Assembly (NCBI GenBank): GCA_021604765.1
Contig: BQJP01000002.1
Coordinates: forward strand, 40,191 to 104,190
DNA length: 64,000 nucleotides
Source of the DNA: Thermodesulfobacteriota bacterium
GTDB taxonomy: Bacteria > Desulfobacterota_D > UBA1144 > Nemesobacterales > UBA2774
Reading direction: 5' to 3'
The notes beneath the pieces are model-generated. The model did not search any database and was not told the origin of the DNA. It saw only the letters and a list, made by a program, of their open reading frames with translations. Made by a program: the position numbers and the translations under genes. This document shows positions 50,739 to 60,388 of this stretch, one piece after another (the first letter of the stretch is position 1; every line of letters begins with the position of its first letter).

Positions 50739-51785
50739 ATGAAATCTAAAAACACACATAACAAAAGGGGTTTATGCTCGAATCTTTTTTCTAAATTTAA
50801 AGTATTAGTTTTAGTAATATTGATAATCCCATTTATCGGAATTGCAAAGGTAAATGCCCAAAATCTATTGGTAGTTAGTGGAAACACCGCCGAAGTTCTT
50901 CAATATAACGGCTTCTCAGGTGCATTTATTGATGCATTTGTAACATCCGGAAGCGGTGGAGTTGGTTTTCCTTCAGCGTTAAACTTCGGACCAGATGGGA
51001 ATCTTTATTTAGTCAGTTTCGCTACAGCTGAAGTACTCAGATATGATGGTAATAACGGAGCATTCATAGATACATTCGTAACTTCGGGAAGCGGTGGACT
51101 GGCTAATCCCCGAGGTTTAGTCTTTGGGTCTGACGGTAATCTTTATGTTTGTAGTAGGGATACCAACGAAGTTCTAAGATACGACGGCACAACTGGGGCG
51201 TTTATAGATGTATTTGTAACAGCAGGTAGTGGTGGTTTGGACTCACCAAATGGTATTGCTTTCGGACCTGACGGCAACCTTTACGTAGGCGGTTTTATTA
51301 GCGGAGTCCTTAGATATAACGGAACAACAGGTGCATTCATTGATAATTTTGTACCTTTTGGAACTGTAGGAAATATACAGGCACTATTGTTTGGACCTGA
51401 TGGCAATCTTTATGCTTCAAGCAGCTCAACTGATGGTGTGCCTAGATTTAATGGCATAACTGGAGCTCTTATTGATGCCTTTGTAGCACCAGGAAGTGGA
51501 GGATTAGATAATCCTCGTGGCATTGCGTTTGGTCCTGATGGTAATTTCTATGTATCTAGTTTAGACAATGATCAAGTCCTGAGATATAACGGTACAACCG
51601 GTGCATTCATAAATGTATTTGTAACGGCCGGAAGCGGAGGTCTAGATTTTCCCCGTGGGATAATTTTTCGAAATTTACAGCCTAGTTCGGTTCCAACCTT
51701 ATCTGAATGGGGTTTAATAGCCATGGCAGGAATTCTTGGATTAGCTGGGCTTATGGTTATAAGAAGAAAGAAAGCTACTGCTTAA
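50739..51785 (+). CDS. Beta-propeller repeat protein with IPTL-CTERM sorting signal
   Basis: ~6 repeats of GAFIDxFVxxGSGGLxxPxGxxFGPDGNLYV; C-terminus VPTLSEWGLIAMAGILGLAGLMVIRRKK. Confidence 0.9.
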   Translation: MKSKNTHNKRGLCSNLFSKFKVLVLVILIIPFIGIAKVNAQNLLVVSGNTAEVLQYNGFSGAFIDAFVTSGSGGVGFPSALNFGPDGNLYLVSFATAEVLRYDGNNGAFIDTFVTSGSGGLANPRGLVFGSDGNLYVCSRDTNEVLRYDGTTGAFIDVFVTAGSGGLDSPNGIAFGPDGNLYVGGFISGVLRYNGTTGAFIDNFVPFGTVGNIQALLFGPDGNLYASSSSTDGVPRFNGITGALIDAFVAPGSGGLDNPRGIAFGPDGNFYVSSLDNDQVLRYNGTTGAFINVFVTAGSGGLDFPRGIIFRNLQPSSVPTLSEWGLIAMAGILGLAGLMVIRRKKATA

Positions 51786-51810
51786 ACTTTGACAATACAA
51801 TTTGAAGACA

Positions 51811-51836
51811 AAAGGGAGCTTAGGCTCCCTTTTTTG
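51811..51836. terminator. Bidirectional Rho-independent terminator
   Basis: aaagggagc-ttag-gctcccttttttt between convergent genes. Confidence 0.85.
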
Positions 51837-51881
51837 TTTATTTACGCCCATATAAACTATGACATTCTGATACGAACTTCT

Positions 51882-52292
51882 TTAATTTCCCGAGAGCATG
51901 CAGATATCTAATTTAACCTCATCATTATTAAACATTATCATTGCGTTTAGTATTGTCTCAAAACATACACTTGCCTGCTCAGAATTCAGATCCGTGACTC
52001 CTATAATTGGCGCTATACAAGTACATCCGGTGCCGTCTGCTAAACAACCTACGGATAATTCAGGCATACCTTGTGAATTAAACATGAGCAATATACTAAA
52101 GGGCTCAATTGAGCACTGTATATCCGTTGAGTTATCGCCCAGCATATCAAGCCCATCTAAGTTAAAGCATGGGCAACCAGATTCCATAGCTCCCGGGTCT
52201 TCAGCGGAGGTGCTGTTATTATTTTCATCACAGCCAACAATAAAAAGGATTATTAAAAGTGGTAATAATGTAAATAGTTTTTTGACTCTCAT
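51882..52292 (-). CDS. Cys-rich lipoprotein
   Basis: Lipobox IVGC; CPC, CTC and further Cys; RBS GGAGG. Confidence 0.65.
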   Translation of the reverse strand: MRVKKLFTLLPLLIILFIVGCDENNNSTSAEDPGAMESGCPCFNLDGLDMLGDNSTDIQCSIEPFSILLMFNSQGMPELSVGCLADGTGCTCIAPIIGVTDLNSEQASVCFETILNAMIMFNNDEVKLDICMLSGN

Positions 52293-52390
52293 AAAACCTC
52301 CCATAATACAAAGTTCATATTTATATTATAACTACTATTTGGTTCTGGGTTTTCTTGATTTTTAGATTTAACATTAACAAGACCTAATCC

Positions 52391-52461
52391 AATTGATGTT
52401 TTTTAGTATGGTAGCTGTAGTTGTAAAAAGATGGAAATCAAGACAAATTTTTAGAGCACTT
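52391..52461 (+). repeat. ~71-bp direct repeat copy 1
   Basis: aattgatgttttttagtatggtagct...gagcactt, near-identical to 52907-52978. Confidence 0.85.
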
Positions 52462-52502
52462 TATACCAAAGGAGACTTTGGTTTCAAACACAATATCAAA
52501 TA

Positions 52503-52736
52503 TTAAAGCTCAATTGCAACATTATTATTTTTAGCGCTACTTCCATCAATCTTAATTATCCGTTCTAATTCATCGCAAGTTAGATGCTTTGTGTTCTTAA
52601 TGACCAACTTTGAATTAGAGATACTGCTTGTAGAAGCGAAATTTTGGATGTCTTCTACAGACCAGTCTGATGCATCAATTATGACCTCAGGAACATAAGA
52701 CATAATCTCAATAACTTCGTGTTTTTGTCTAGACAT
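52503..52736 (-). CDS. Small hypothetical protein between direct repeats
   Basis: 77-aa ORF with GGGGG RBS. Confidence 0.55.
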   Translation of the reverse strand: MSRQKHEVIEIMSYVPEVIIDASDWSVEDIQNFASTSSISNSKLVIKNTKHLTCDELERIIKIDGSSAKNNNVAIEL

Positions 52737-52906
52737 TTATACACCCCCTTTTGATTATAATATTTGAATTCATAATACGATCTATATTCTATGTATTGAT
52801 TATTTGCAATACTAATGCCATGAAGAATTACTAATTATCACAGGGAGTTAGAAATTATGGGTGGATTATAAATGTCCGATTATTGGACATAATGCAGCAA
52901 AGGTCT

Positions 52907-52978
52907 AATTGATGTTTTTTAGTATGGTAGCTATAGTTGTAAAAGCATGGAAATCAAAACAAATACTTAAGAGCACTT
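52907..52978 (+). repeat. ~71-bp direct repeat copy 2, containing a sigma-70-like promoter
   Basis: TTGATG-N17-TATAGT upstream of the MBL hydrolase. Confidence 0.8.
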
Positions 52979-52997
52979 GATATTAAAGGAGACTACC

Positions 52998-54446
52998 GTG
53001 AAAAAAGATAACAAGGAAAAATCTAAGAATCAAAAATCAGGCGCTAGCCGTCGTGACTTTCTGAAAAACAGCACGATAGCTGCAGGCGCAGTAGCAGCAG
53101 CTATGACCGTTCCAGGGGTTTCAGCCGCTTCTGCCGAAACTGAATGCCAGCCAACCAATCCATATGGGCCCCGCCCAGGTGGTGGTGTCAGTTTACCGGA
53201 TTATTATAAACCATGGCCTGCAATTAAGAACAATAACTTCTATATCCCCGGTCAAGAAATACTACCTAAAAATGAAATGCGGATTTTCTTCCTCGGCAGC
53301 ACACCATGGCCTCCGACACAATTGCAGTCAGGAACTTCTATGCTTGTGGAGCTGGGTAATGGAACATTGCAGCCCCGCCGTTTCTTCTTTGATATGGGAA
53401 ATGGAAGCATAAGGAATGCTATAGCACTTCAGGTACCCGCACCTCTTATTAACGACATATTCCTGAGCCATCTTCACTCTGACCATTTTGCAGATCTTCC
53501 ATATATGTACCCCTTCAGAGCTTTTTCAGGTGGGTTTACCCCGCTTAGGGTCTACGGGCCATCGGGTAGAACCCCAGAGCTTGGAACAAAGCACATGATA
53601 AAGCATATGAAAGAGATGAACCGCTGGCATGAGGAAAGCTTCAACGTTAACCCGATGGGGGATGGTTTGGAGATAGAGGTAACAGAGTTTGACTGGAAAG
53701 AAGAAAACGGAATTGTCTATAATAAGGACGGAGTAGTTGTCCGTCACTGGCCTCGCTCACACGTCAAGGACGGAGCATCGGCATACCGCTTAGATTGGGA
53801 AGATGCAGGTCTTTCATTTGTGTGGACGGGTGACGGACGCCCAGATGAGCTGTCTGCAAAATATGGTAAAGGAGCCGATGTCTTTGTGTCAGAAGGAACT
53901 ATAGACACCCCAACGCTGTCGTCATATAAGCTGGGTGCGCCTCCTGAGCTATGGGAATATACTATCGACATTTTCCACACCATGTACTATGCGGCAGGGT
54001 ATTTGTTTAAGCAGGCTCAGCCGCGCATAGGATGCATTTGCCACTACGAGTGGTCTGGTGCCGGTCTGGATGCAGAATCTGTGGCTGAAGTCCGCTCAAA
54101 CTGGGATGGGTTATTTATGTTCGGCGGACCAGATGTTCAAGTTCTTAATGTTTCTAAAGATGCCATTTGGGCTCGTGAGGCTCTGATGCCTGAAGGAGCT
54201 GCTCCACCTTCAATGGACCCAAGGTGGTTACTGAAACCTGGTGAGAAGCTACCTGAGACAATGACACTTCCTGAACCAACACTGCCTCGTGAGAAGCAGC
54301 AGGAGCAGTTTGTGCGTGATTTGGAAATCGATCCTCATAAGTATTACCCTCCAGGTGAATACAGAAAGCCTATACAGAAATGGCCAGGCATTACATTGAA
54401 CCCGCGTGAGATGCTAGCAGCCAGGGGAATCAAGGTAGACGACTAA
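52998..54446 (+). CDS. Tat-exported MBL-fold metallohydrolase (RNase Z/arylsulfatase-like)
   Basis: SRRDFLK twin-arginine signal; SHLHSDH metal motif; WTGDG; GTG start after AAGGAG. Confidence 0.85.
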   Translation: MKKDNKEKSKNQKSGASRRDFLKNSTIAAGAVAAAMTVPGVSAASAETECQPTNPYGPRPGGGVSLPDYYKPWPAIKNNNFYIPGQEILPKNEMRIFFLGSTPWPPTQLQSGTSMLVELGNGTLQPRRFFFDMGNGSIRNAIALQVPAPLINDIFLSHLHSDHFADLPYMYPFRAFSGGFTPLRVYGPSGRTPELGTKHMIKHMKEMNRWHEESFNVNPMGDGLEIEVTEFDWKEENGIVYNKDGVVVRHWPRSHVKDGASAYRLDWEDAGLSFVWTGDGRPDELSAKYGKGADVFVSEGTIDTPTLSSYKLGAPPELWEYTIDIFHTMYYAAGYLFKQAQPRIGCICHYEWSGAGLDAESVAEVRSNWDGLFMFGGPDVQVLNVSKDAIWAREALMPEGAAPPSMDPRWLLKPGEKLPETMTLPEPTLPREKQQEQFVRDLEIDPHKYYPPGEYRKPIQKWPGITLNPREMLAARGIKVDD

Positions 54447-54509
54447 TAAGATCGGATCAAAACCCAAAGCACACTACTCATCAAGATGCAGTGAGCTGAG
54501 CAATTAAAA

Positions 54510-55550
54510 ATGAATAAAGACAAAATACTTGCACCTGCTCCGAGAATGGAACCAATTGCTATACCAGGGCGCGACCCCGTACCAGTCACGCTTCTGACAG
54601 GGTTTCTAGGAGCCGGGAAAACAACACTTCTAAACCGTATCCTAAACAGTGACCACGGCCTTAGGGTTGGTGTTTTGGTGAACGACTTCGGAGCTATCAA
54701 CATTGATGCTGAGCTCGTTGATGGTGTAGAGGAAAACACTATTAATCTCACCAATGGGTGCGTGTGCTGCGAAATTCGGGATGACCTTGTGGAATCTCTG
54801 GAGCAGCTACTCACCCGAGAGGAAGCTGTGGACTACGTGCTCTTGGAGTCTAGTGGAGTTTCAGACCCAGGGAGTATCACTGCAACTTTTCTCAATCCTA
54901 AATATGAAAAACTACTCCGGTTAGATAGCATTACCTGTGTCGTAGATGCAGAGGGCATCTTTAAGCATGGTGACAATGAGGATCTAAACTTTTTAAAAAT
55001 GCGTCAGATTGGCTCTGCCGATATGGTCGTTCTTAATAAAGTTGATCTTGTCGGTCCCGTACATATAGAAGTTATTAGGGAGTGGATCGATCACCATCTG
55101 AAAAGGGTTCGGATCATTGAGTCTGAAAGGTGCAACGTGCCTCTAGATGTTTTGCTTGCGGTTGGTCGATTCGATCCGGAAAAGACTATAGTGGATAGCG
55201 AAAATAATGAAGATGAAAACCACACATCTAATCACAAACACGAATCCGCTAAAGGGATGTTTGACACATGGAGCTACAAATCTAGTAAGCCATTTTCTCT
55301 TGAGGCTCTTCGTCAAATGGTACAGAGAGAGCTTCCCGCATCTATCTATCGCTGTAAGGGAATCGTATTTACAGCTGACAGTCCTGATAAGCGTTTCTCA
55401 ATGCAAATAGTTGGCCGTCGCACAGAAATCTCTGAACTCGATAACTGGGGCAATCGTACCCCGCATACTCAAATTGTAGCTATTGGCGAGACTGGTGGAA
55501 TAGACGCTGAAGAACTGCGCAAAAAATTCGACGCATGCATTGAGCAATAG
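54510..55550 (+). CDS. COG0523/CobW-family G3E GTPase metallochaperone
   Basis: GFLGAGKTT, NDFG, GCVCC, NKVD and CobW_C RCKG. Confidence 0.93.
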   Translation: MNKDKILAPAPRMEPIAIPGRDPVPVTLLTGFLGAGKTTLLNRILNSDHGLRVGVLVNDFGAINIDAELVDGVEENTINLTNGCVCCEIRDDLVESLEQLLTREEAVDYVLLESSGVSDPGSITATFLNPKYEKLLRLDSITCVVDAEGIFKHGDNEDLNFLKMRQIGSADMVVLNKVDLVGPVHIEVIREWIDHHLKRVRIIESERCNVPLDVLLAVGRFDPEKTIVDSENNEDENHTSNHKHESAKGMFDTWSYKSSKPFSLEALRQMVQRELPASIYRCKGIVFTADSPDKRFSMQIVGRRTEISELDNWGNRTPHTQIVAIGETGGIDAEELRKKFDACIEQ

Positions 55551-55580
55551 GCCTGAGTTTTAAATGATAAATTAACCATT

Positions 55581-55658
55581 TATGAATTAGAAACTGTTCT
55601 TTCGGTCCATAGCTCCAAAGCTATTAAACACGACTCACTAGATACAAATCTGGTTTAT
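55581..55658 (+). repeat. More diverged copy of the comM 3' end (scar 2)
   Basis: Translates YELETVLSVHSSKAIKHDSLDTNLVY versus ComM DESETVLSHHISEAIQYRSLDRSLV* (15 of 25 identical, no gaps). Confidence 0.75.
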
Positions 55659-55687
55659 ATGATCAGAAAATAAATTATGATCTAAAA

Positions 55688-56143
55688 TTACTCCGCACAC
55701 TTTTGCGTTAGGTCGTCAGTCTTTGGAAGTATCGTTAGAAGTGTTCCTTTTTCACCGATGTAATAGATGAGAGCTTCAACCGGACCGTTAATCGCTTCTC
55801 CACTATGCCAGGTATCTATAACTTCAGCAAATTTTTCTCCGGGCTTAAAGGCTTTTTTGGGCCCGTTATAAAGTTGAATTTGAAGCTCACCCTTCAGCAC
55901 ATGAACAAAACTTACAACCGGGTGGCAGTGATAACCTGTATTAAAACCGTCATCTATTTCAAGCTCAACTACTGTAACTTCCGGAGTACCTGAGGGATAA
56001 ACAATTGGTTGTCCATCCCAAGTTTGAGTAGCTTTAAATATTTCATTTACTCTCGCTTCTTTATTTGAGTAGGTTTCATCAGCACTAGAGTTTAGCACTA
56101 ATCCTGTGAATAAAATCAGTGTCATCATAATAAACTTCTTCAT
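55688..56143 (-). CDS. Secreted cupin-domain protein
   Basis: TWDGQPIVYP, HCHP, GEL and WHSG cupin motifs. Confidence 0.85.
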   Translation of the reverse strand: MKKFIMMTLILFTGLVLNSSADETYSNKEARVNEIFKATQTWDGQPIVYPSGTPEVTVVELEIDDGFNTGYHCHPVVSFVHVLKGELQIQLYNGPKKAFKPGEKFAEVIDTWHSGEAINGPVEALIYYIGEKGTLLTILPKTDDLTQKCAE

Positions 56144-56296
56144 TGAAATAGTCCCCCCTAAATTTTCTATTGATCTTAAATGTAAAAGATCAAATATGTA
56201 ATATCAAGACAAATTTGTTAGTGCTCAAAAAAATTGCAATCAAATAGAAATCTTGATCGTTATATAGATTAAAAACAAAATTCAGGAGGTCTTATA

Positions 56297-56689
56297 ATGA
56301 GACAAGTTTTAACACTTTTATTAACAATTTTGTTATTAGGCGGAACAAATTTAGTTTTTGCTGCAGATGATCCATCTATTACTGGTAAACCTAGAATTAG
56401 TAGTCAAGAGGCTATGTCTAATCATATTGAAAAGAATCAGCTTGATAGTAGCTATGTGATTTATGATGCGGTTATTGGACAGTTGCTAGAATTGGAACTT
56501 GTGGAGCTACATAGTGGGATTGTTAAGAAAGGTGATTACTATGTGAGTTGTGCCGATTTTGTAGATGCAAAGGGAAATAAATATGATCTGGACTTTATTG
56601 TCGCTGAAAATGGCAGCGAATATATAGTTTATGATGCCATAGTACATAAGGTGAATAAAGATAAAAGAAAGTATCATTTGGATCACTGA
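56297..56689 (+). CDS. Secreted hypothetical protein, first gene of the ECF cluster
   Basis: Signal peptide; LH...YVSCADF...YDLDF...HK; RBS AGGAGG. Confidence 0.7.
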   Translation: MRQVLTLLLTILLLGGTNLVFAADDPSITGKPRISSQEAMSNHIEKNQLDSSYVIYDAVIGQLLELELVELHSGIVKKGDYYVSCADFVDAKGNKYDLDFIVAENGSEYIVYDAIVHKVNKDKRKYHLDH

Positions 56690-56709
56690 ACCTTATAATA
56701 TATCTAGAT

Positions 56710-57180
56710 ATGACAGATAGAGATTTACTACAGTCAGGATTTCGATATGCACTATCTTTAACACATAATGAGCATGAGGCTGAAGACCTTGTTCAGGATG
56801 TATGGTTAAAGCTTTATATAAATAGTGGCGAGATAAAGAGTAAATCTCTATTCTTTACATCAATCAGAAATTTATTTATAGACAGGTATAGAAAGAAGAA
56901 GCTGGTCGTAATCGAACAACTGGAGGAAATAGGGGAGACTGAAATTTTGACTAGTGAAATTGACATTAATGATATAGAAAAGTGTCTTGCCAAATTAAGA
57001 CCTGAAGAAAGAGAGGCTCTTTTTCTAAATAGTGTGGAAGAATATACAGCAAAAGAGATCTCGGAGCTCACTAATCAGCCAAGATCTACAGTATTGTCGT
57101 TAATCAGTAGGGGAAAGAAGAAATTTATTAGCGCTTATAATCATTTAATGAATCCAAAAATGAGGAATCATTCAAGCTGA
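56710..57180 (+). CDS. ECF RNA polymerase sigma factor
   Basis: AEDLVQDVW region 2; YTAKEIS..TVLS..SRG region 4. Confidence 0.9.
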   Translation: MTDRDLLQSGFRYALSLTHNEHEAEDLVQDVWLKLYINSGEIKSKSLFFTSIRNLFIDRYRKKKLVVIEQLEEIGETEILTSEIDINDIEKCLAKLRPEEREALFLNSVEEYTAKEISELTNQPRSTVLSLISRGKKKFISAYNHLMNPKMRNHSS

Positions 57181-57187
57181 ATCAATT

Positions 57188-57742
57188 ATGGATAGAACCA
57201 AAGAAAATATTAAAGAATATTATTCAAATAAATCCTTAGGCGAAGAAAAAGTTCATCTTCTCTTAGGTAAACATAGCAAAAAGAATCGAATTTGGATGCT
57301 GAGCAAAATTGCTATTGCTGCACTTTTAATCATGGGCTTTATTTTTACTATATTTCAATTCCAAAACAGCAACATAGAGGATAGGATTGTTAAAGAAATT
57401 GCAATGAATCATAATAAGCAGCTTAACGTGGAATTCCCAAGCGACAGTCTTAGTGATCTGCAAACCAAGCTCACTAAACTGGATTTTCAATTGGATAAAG
57501 CTGAGGGGTTTATTTCAGATAATTACATACTCATGGGTGGTAGATATTGCTCGATACAGGGAAATCTTGCTGCGCAACTGAAAATCAAAAACAACCATAC
57601 AAATGATTTCGAAACTCTTTATATCACTGAGTTGAATCCAGACTTAGAAAATGTAGAGTCCGCTGATGTAAATACAGAGGGGGTAAATATAAAGATATGG
57701 AATGAAGATGGACTCTTATATGGAATTGCGTCAGATATATAA
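57188..57742 (+). CDS. Putative membrane anti-sigma factor
   Basis: Directly follows the ECF gene; single TM; periplasmic NH and GGRYCSIQG. Confidence 0.65.
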   Translation: MDRTKENIKEYYSNKSLGEEKVHLLLGKHSKKNRIWMLSKIAIAALLIMGFIFTIFQFQNSNIEDRIVKEIAMNHNKQLNVEFPSDSLSDLQTKLTKLDFQLDKAEGFISDNYILMGGRYCSIQGNLAAQLKIKNNHTNDFETLYITELNPDLENVESADVNTEGVNIKIWNEDGLLYGIASDI

Positions 57743-57781
57743 TAAGACCCCAGAGTGTTTGCTTGAACTATTGGTATTATA

Positions 57782-58411
57782 ATGCAGATGAAAACAGCAA
57801 TTCATTACCAATTAGGTCTGCCCGAGTCCTGTCGTATAAGGGCTGCTGAGCTTTATGAAGAAGCATTCCGACAAAAATTTGCTCCTATTGTTAAATCCAG
57901 AAAAAAATTAATTGAGATTTTGACTGACTGCATCAAACCAGAATTTGCTGTCGTTGCACTAAAAGAAGAACGATTGGTTGGTCTCGCAGGTTTTCACAAT
58001 AGAGGAAGCTCTTTCACCGGGGGAGGGAGCGCATCTTCGATTATCAAAAAACTTGGTTTATTCAAAGGACTCTGGGCTATAGCTTTATTCACAATTCTTT
58101 ATGAAAGAAAAGAGTCTCAAGACGAGTTGTTAATAGATGGAATTGTAGTAGACCCATCAATGCGTGGACAAGGAATTGGAACCAGAATGCTTGAAACCCT
58201 ATTTAAATACGCTACGAATGAGGGATTCGATAGCATTAGATTAGATGTTGTTGATACTAACCCAGATGCCAGGCGTCTCTATGAAAGTCAGGGATTCGTC
58301 GCAACAAAAACTGACCATCATCCATATTTGAAACCTTTCTTAGGATTTTCATCATCCACAACTATGGTAAAAAATCAGCTAAAGAAGACGGAATCTTCGC
58401 TCTTTCTGTAG
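57782..58411 (+). CDS. GNAT N-acetyltransferase
   Basis: VDPSMRGQGIGT and NPDARRLYESQGF. Confidence 0.9.
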   Translation: MQMKTAIHYQLGLPESCRIRAAELYEEAFRQKFAPIVKSRKKLIEILTDCIKPEFAVVALKEERLVGLAGFHNRGSSFTGGGSASSIIKKLGLFKGLWAIALFTILYERKESQDELLIDGIVVDPSMRGQGIGTRMLETLFKYATNEGFDSIRLDVVDTNPDARRLYESQGFVATKTDHHPYLKPFLGFSSSTTMVKNQLKKTESSLFL

Positions 58412-58449
58412 TTGCATTATAACTCTAATAATTTAGTAGAGACTAATTG

Positions 58450-58463
58450 ACAAACAAGTTTGT
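58450..58463. promoter_or_regulatory. Candidate TetR operator overlapping a -35 element
   Basis: ACAAACAAGTTTGT palindrome overlapping TTGACA; second copy at 59095. Confidence 0.6.
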
Positions 58464-58483
58464 ATAAATTATTTTCATATTAT

Positions 58484-59074
58484 ATGAAAGCAAGCAGAAC
58501 TAAAAGTGACACCAGACAAAAAATAATCGATAAGGCTCTGGAGCTATTTTATAGACAGGGATATCTGGCAACGGGAATAAACCAGGTTATTGCAGAGTCT
58601 GGGGTTGCTAAAAACACATTCTACTATTACTTCCCTTCCAAGAACGACCTTTGTGTTTCCTATTTACAGGAAATCGATAGAAATTGGATCAACTCTATAA
58701 AAACCACAATCAATTCTTCTAAAAAACCTTTAGATAGATTATTTGCACCATTGGAGTTCCTGAAAAAATGGAATGAAGACAATGCATATAGAGGATGCCC
58801 TTTCCTAAATATAGTATCGGAAATAACCGATTCCAGCTCTAATATAAGAAAAGAAACTATCTATCATAAAGACGGTTTTAAAACTATTATTAGAGAGCTT
58901 GTAAAAGATCTGAAGGAATCAAATAAGAAGTATTTCGACACTGATGTTGAATCAGTAACAGATGCTTATTATTTATTAGCGGAAGGAGCTATTGTAACTT
59001 CACAGAACTATAAAGATAATCTATCTTTCAAAGTTGCAAGAAATAATATCGAGAAACTTTTGAATCCCTCCTAA
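58484..59074 (+). CDS. TetR/AcrR family transcriptional regulator
   Basis: N-terminal HTH (GINQVIAESGVAKNTFYYYFPSK) and RGCPF. Confidence 0.93.
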   Translation: MKASRTKSDTRQKIIDKALELFYRQGYLATGINQVIAESGVAKNTFYYYFPSKNDLCVSYLQEIDRNWINSIKTTINSSKKPLDRLFAPLEFLKKWNEDNAYRGCPFLNIVSEITDSSSNIRKETIYHKDGFKTIIRELVKDLKESNKKYFDTDVESVTDAYYLLAEGAIVTSQNYKDNLSFKVARNNIEKLLNPS

Positions 59075-59094
59075 AAAAATTTCATCAGAATTAG

Positions 59095-59110
59095 TACAGA
59101 CTTGTTTGTA
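59095..59110. promoter_or_regulatory. Candidate TetR operator
   Basis: TACAGACTTGTTTGTA imperfect palindrome upstream of 59152. Confidence 0.6.
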
Positions 59111-59151
59111 TAGTAAAACAAGCTGATTAAAAATTTAGGAGGTATTAAATA

Positions 59152-59475
59152 ATGGCTTTATATGGAATATACGGCAAGCATACGACAGAGGCTTGCCCAT
59201 GGAACAATATTGAGACTGCGAAGAAGCTAAAGGAAATGGACGAAAGCGACCTCGCATCCAGAGCTAGTGAGTTCAAGATCAGTCATATATTAGGACAGTA
59301 TCACTCGGCCCTCGAACATACATTCCTTTGGTTAGTAGAAGCAGAGGATCCTCACTTAATCCAAGAATTCTGCGTCACAACCGGCCTTGCGTCTATTAAC
59401 GAACTTAAGATCGTACCAATGATTACATTTGAGGGAGGAGTTATCCCAGGATTAAAAAAAATTCATTCTCTTTAG
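59152..59475 (+). CDS. Small conserved hypothetical protein (HxxExCP motif)
   Basis: HTTEACP, EH..LWLVEA; RBS AGGAGG. Confidence 0.65.
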   Translation: MALYGIYGKHTTEACPWNNIETAKKLKEMDESDLASRASEFKISHILGQYHSALEHTFLWLVEAEDPHLIQEFCVTTGLASINELKIVPMITFEGGVIPGLKKIHSL

Positions 59476-59707
59476 AGATGTAAAGTAATTGGAATTAAAA
59501 ACGAAGTAAAGGAGTTTATTATGGCATGCTCGGCTATAGTCCACGGGATCAACCCAAGGAAGAAAATCTTCTAAAATACTTATTGTATGAGAAAATTTCT
59601 CAAAGTAGTGAAAACTCTAATGGCAAAACTGCAAACCAGGTCTCGGTATATGAAGCTGAGGGAACTTGGAATAGAGAATATGAGCAGATATTAAGGAGTG
59701 CGTTCAT

Positions 59708-60388
59708 ATGAGTGAGCCCGGTATATTTGAAATTATTAATACCACAAGATCCATTAAATACTTTAAACAGGACCCTGTCCCTATGGACTTAATTCGAAAA
59801 GTCTTGGATGCCGGCACTAAAGCGCCGAGTGGGGAAAATACACAGCCCTGGGAATTTGTAGTGGTGACGAATAGAGAAGATAAGAAGTTTATTCAGCAAC
59901 TATACCAGAAATTTGTAAAACTGAGATTCTATAAGCGGCATAGCAGTCTGAAGAATAGTAATACTCCGTTTGCCAAGATGTTAAATGGGGTAATACACTT
60001 AGCAGAGAATTTACATAAAGTTCCGGTGCATCTCCTGGTGTGCGCTCATAGAGACTGGCCGGCTTCGATTCCGGCTGAGAAGAGGATAGGAAAAGCTCCG
60101 CCACCCTATGCCTCAATATATCCCTGCATCCAGAATATATTACTTGCCTCAAGGGCTCTTGGACTTGGCGCTACGCTGACGACAATCCATCATATGTTTG
60201 AAGTAGATATGCATCAAAGATTCAGGATTCCAAATCAAGTATCTATAGTGGCACTTATTCCAATCGGCTATGCAAAGTTTGGCTTCGGTCCGGTCGAAAG
60301 AATATCTGCCAATAAGGTTACACATTTTGAAAAATGGGGATCAAAGAATTTATTTAAAGCTAATATGAATAAAAGGAGAATATCATGA
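59708..60388 (+). CDS. Nitroreductase family protein
   Basis: TRSIKYF, APSGENTQPWEF, QNILLASRALGLG and IPIGY. Confidence 0.92.
   Translation: MSEPGIFEIINTTRSIKYFKQDPVPMDLIRKVLDAGTKAPSGENTQPWEFVVVTNREDKKFIQQLYQKFVKLRFYKRHSSLKNSNTPFAKMLNGVIHLAENLHKVPVHLLVCAHRDWPASIPAEKRIGKAPPPYASIYPCIQNILLASRALGLGATLTTIHHMFEVDMHQRFRIPNQVSIVALIPIGYAKFGFGPVERISANKVTHFEKWGSKNLFKANMNKRRIS

Noticed and set aside
50880-51660. Tandem ~130-bp nucleotide repeats
   Set aside because: Explained by beta-propeller blade repeats in the protein.
51898-52365. 155-aa plus-strand ORF
   Set aside because: Antisense to a lipoprotein that has an RBS, a lipobox and a downstream terminator.
59526-59711. 61-aa ORF before the nitroreductase
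   Set aside because: No recognisable motif and an ambiguous start (the RBS fits a different-frame ATG at 59521); may be a decayed fragment.
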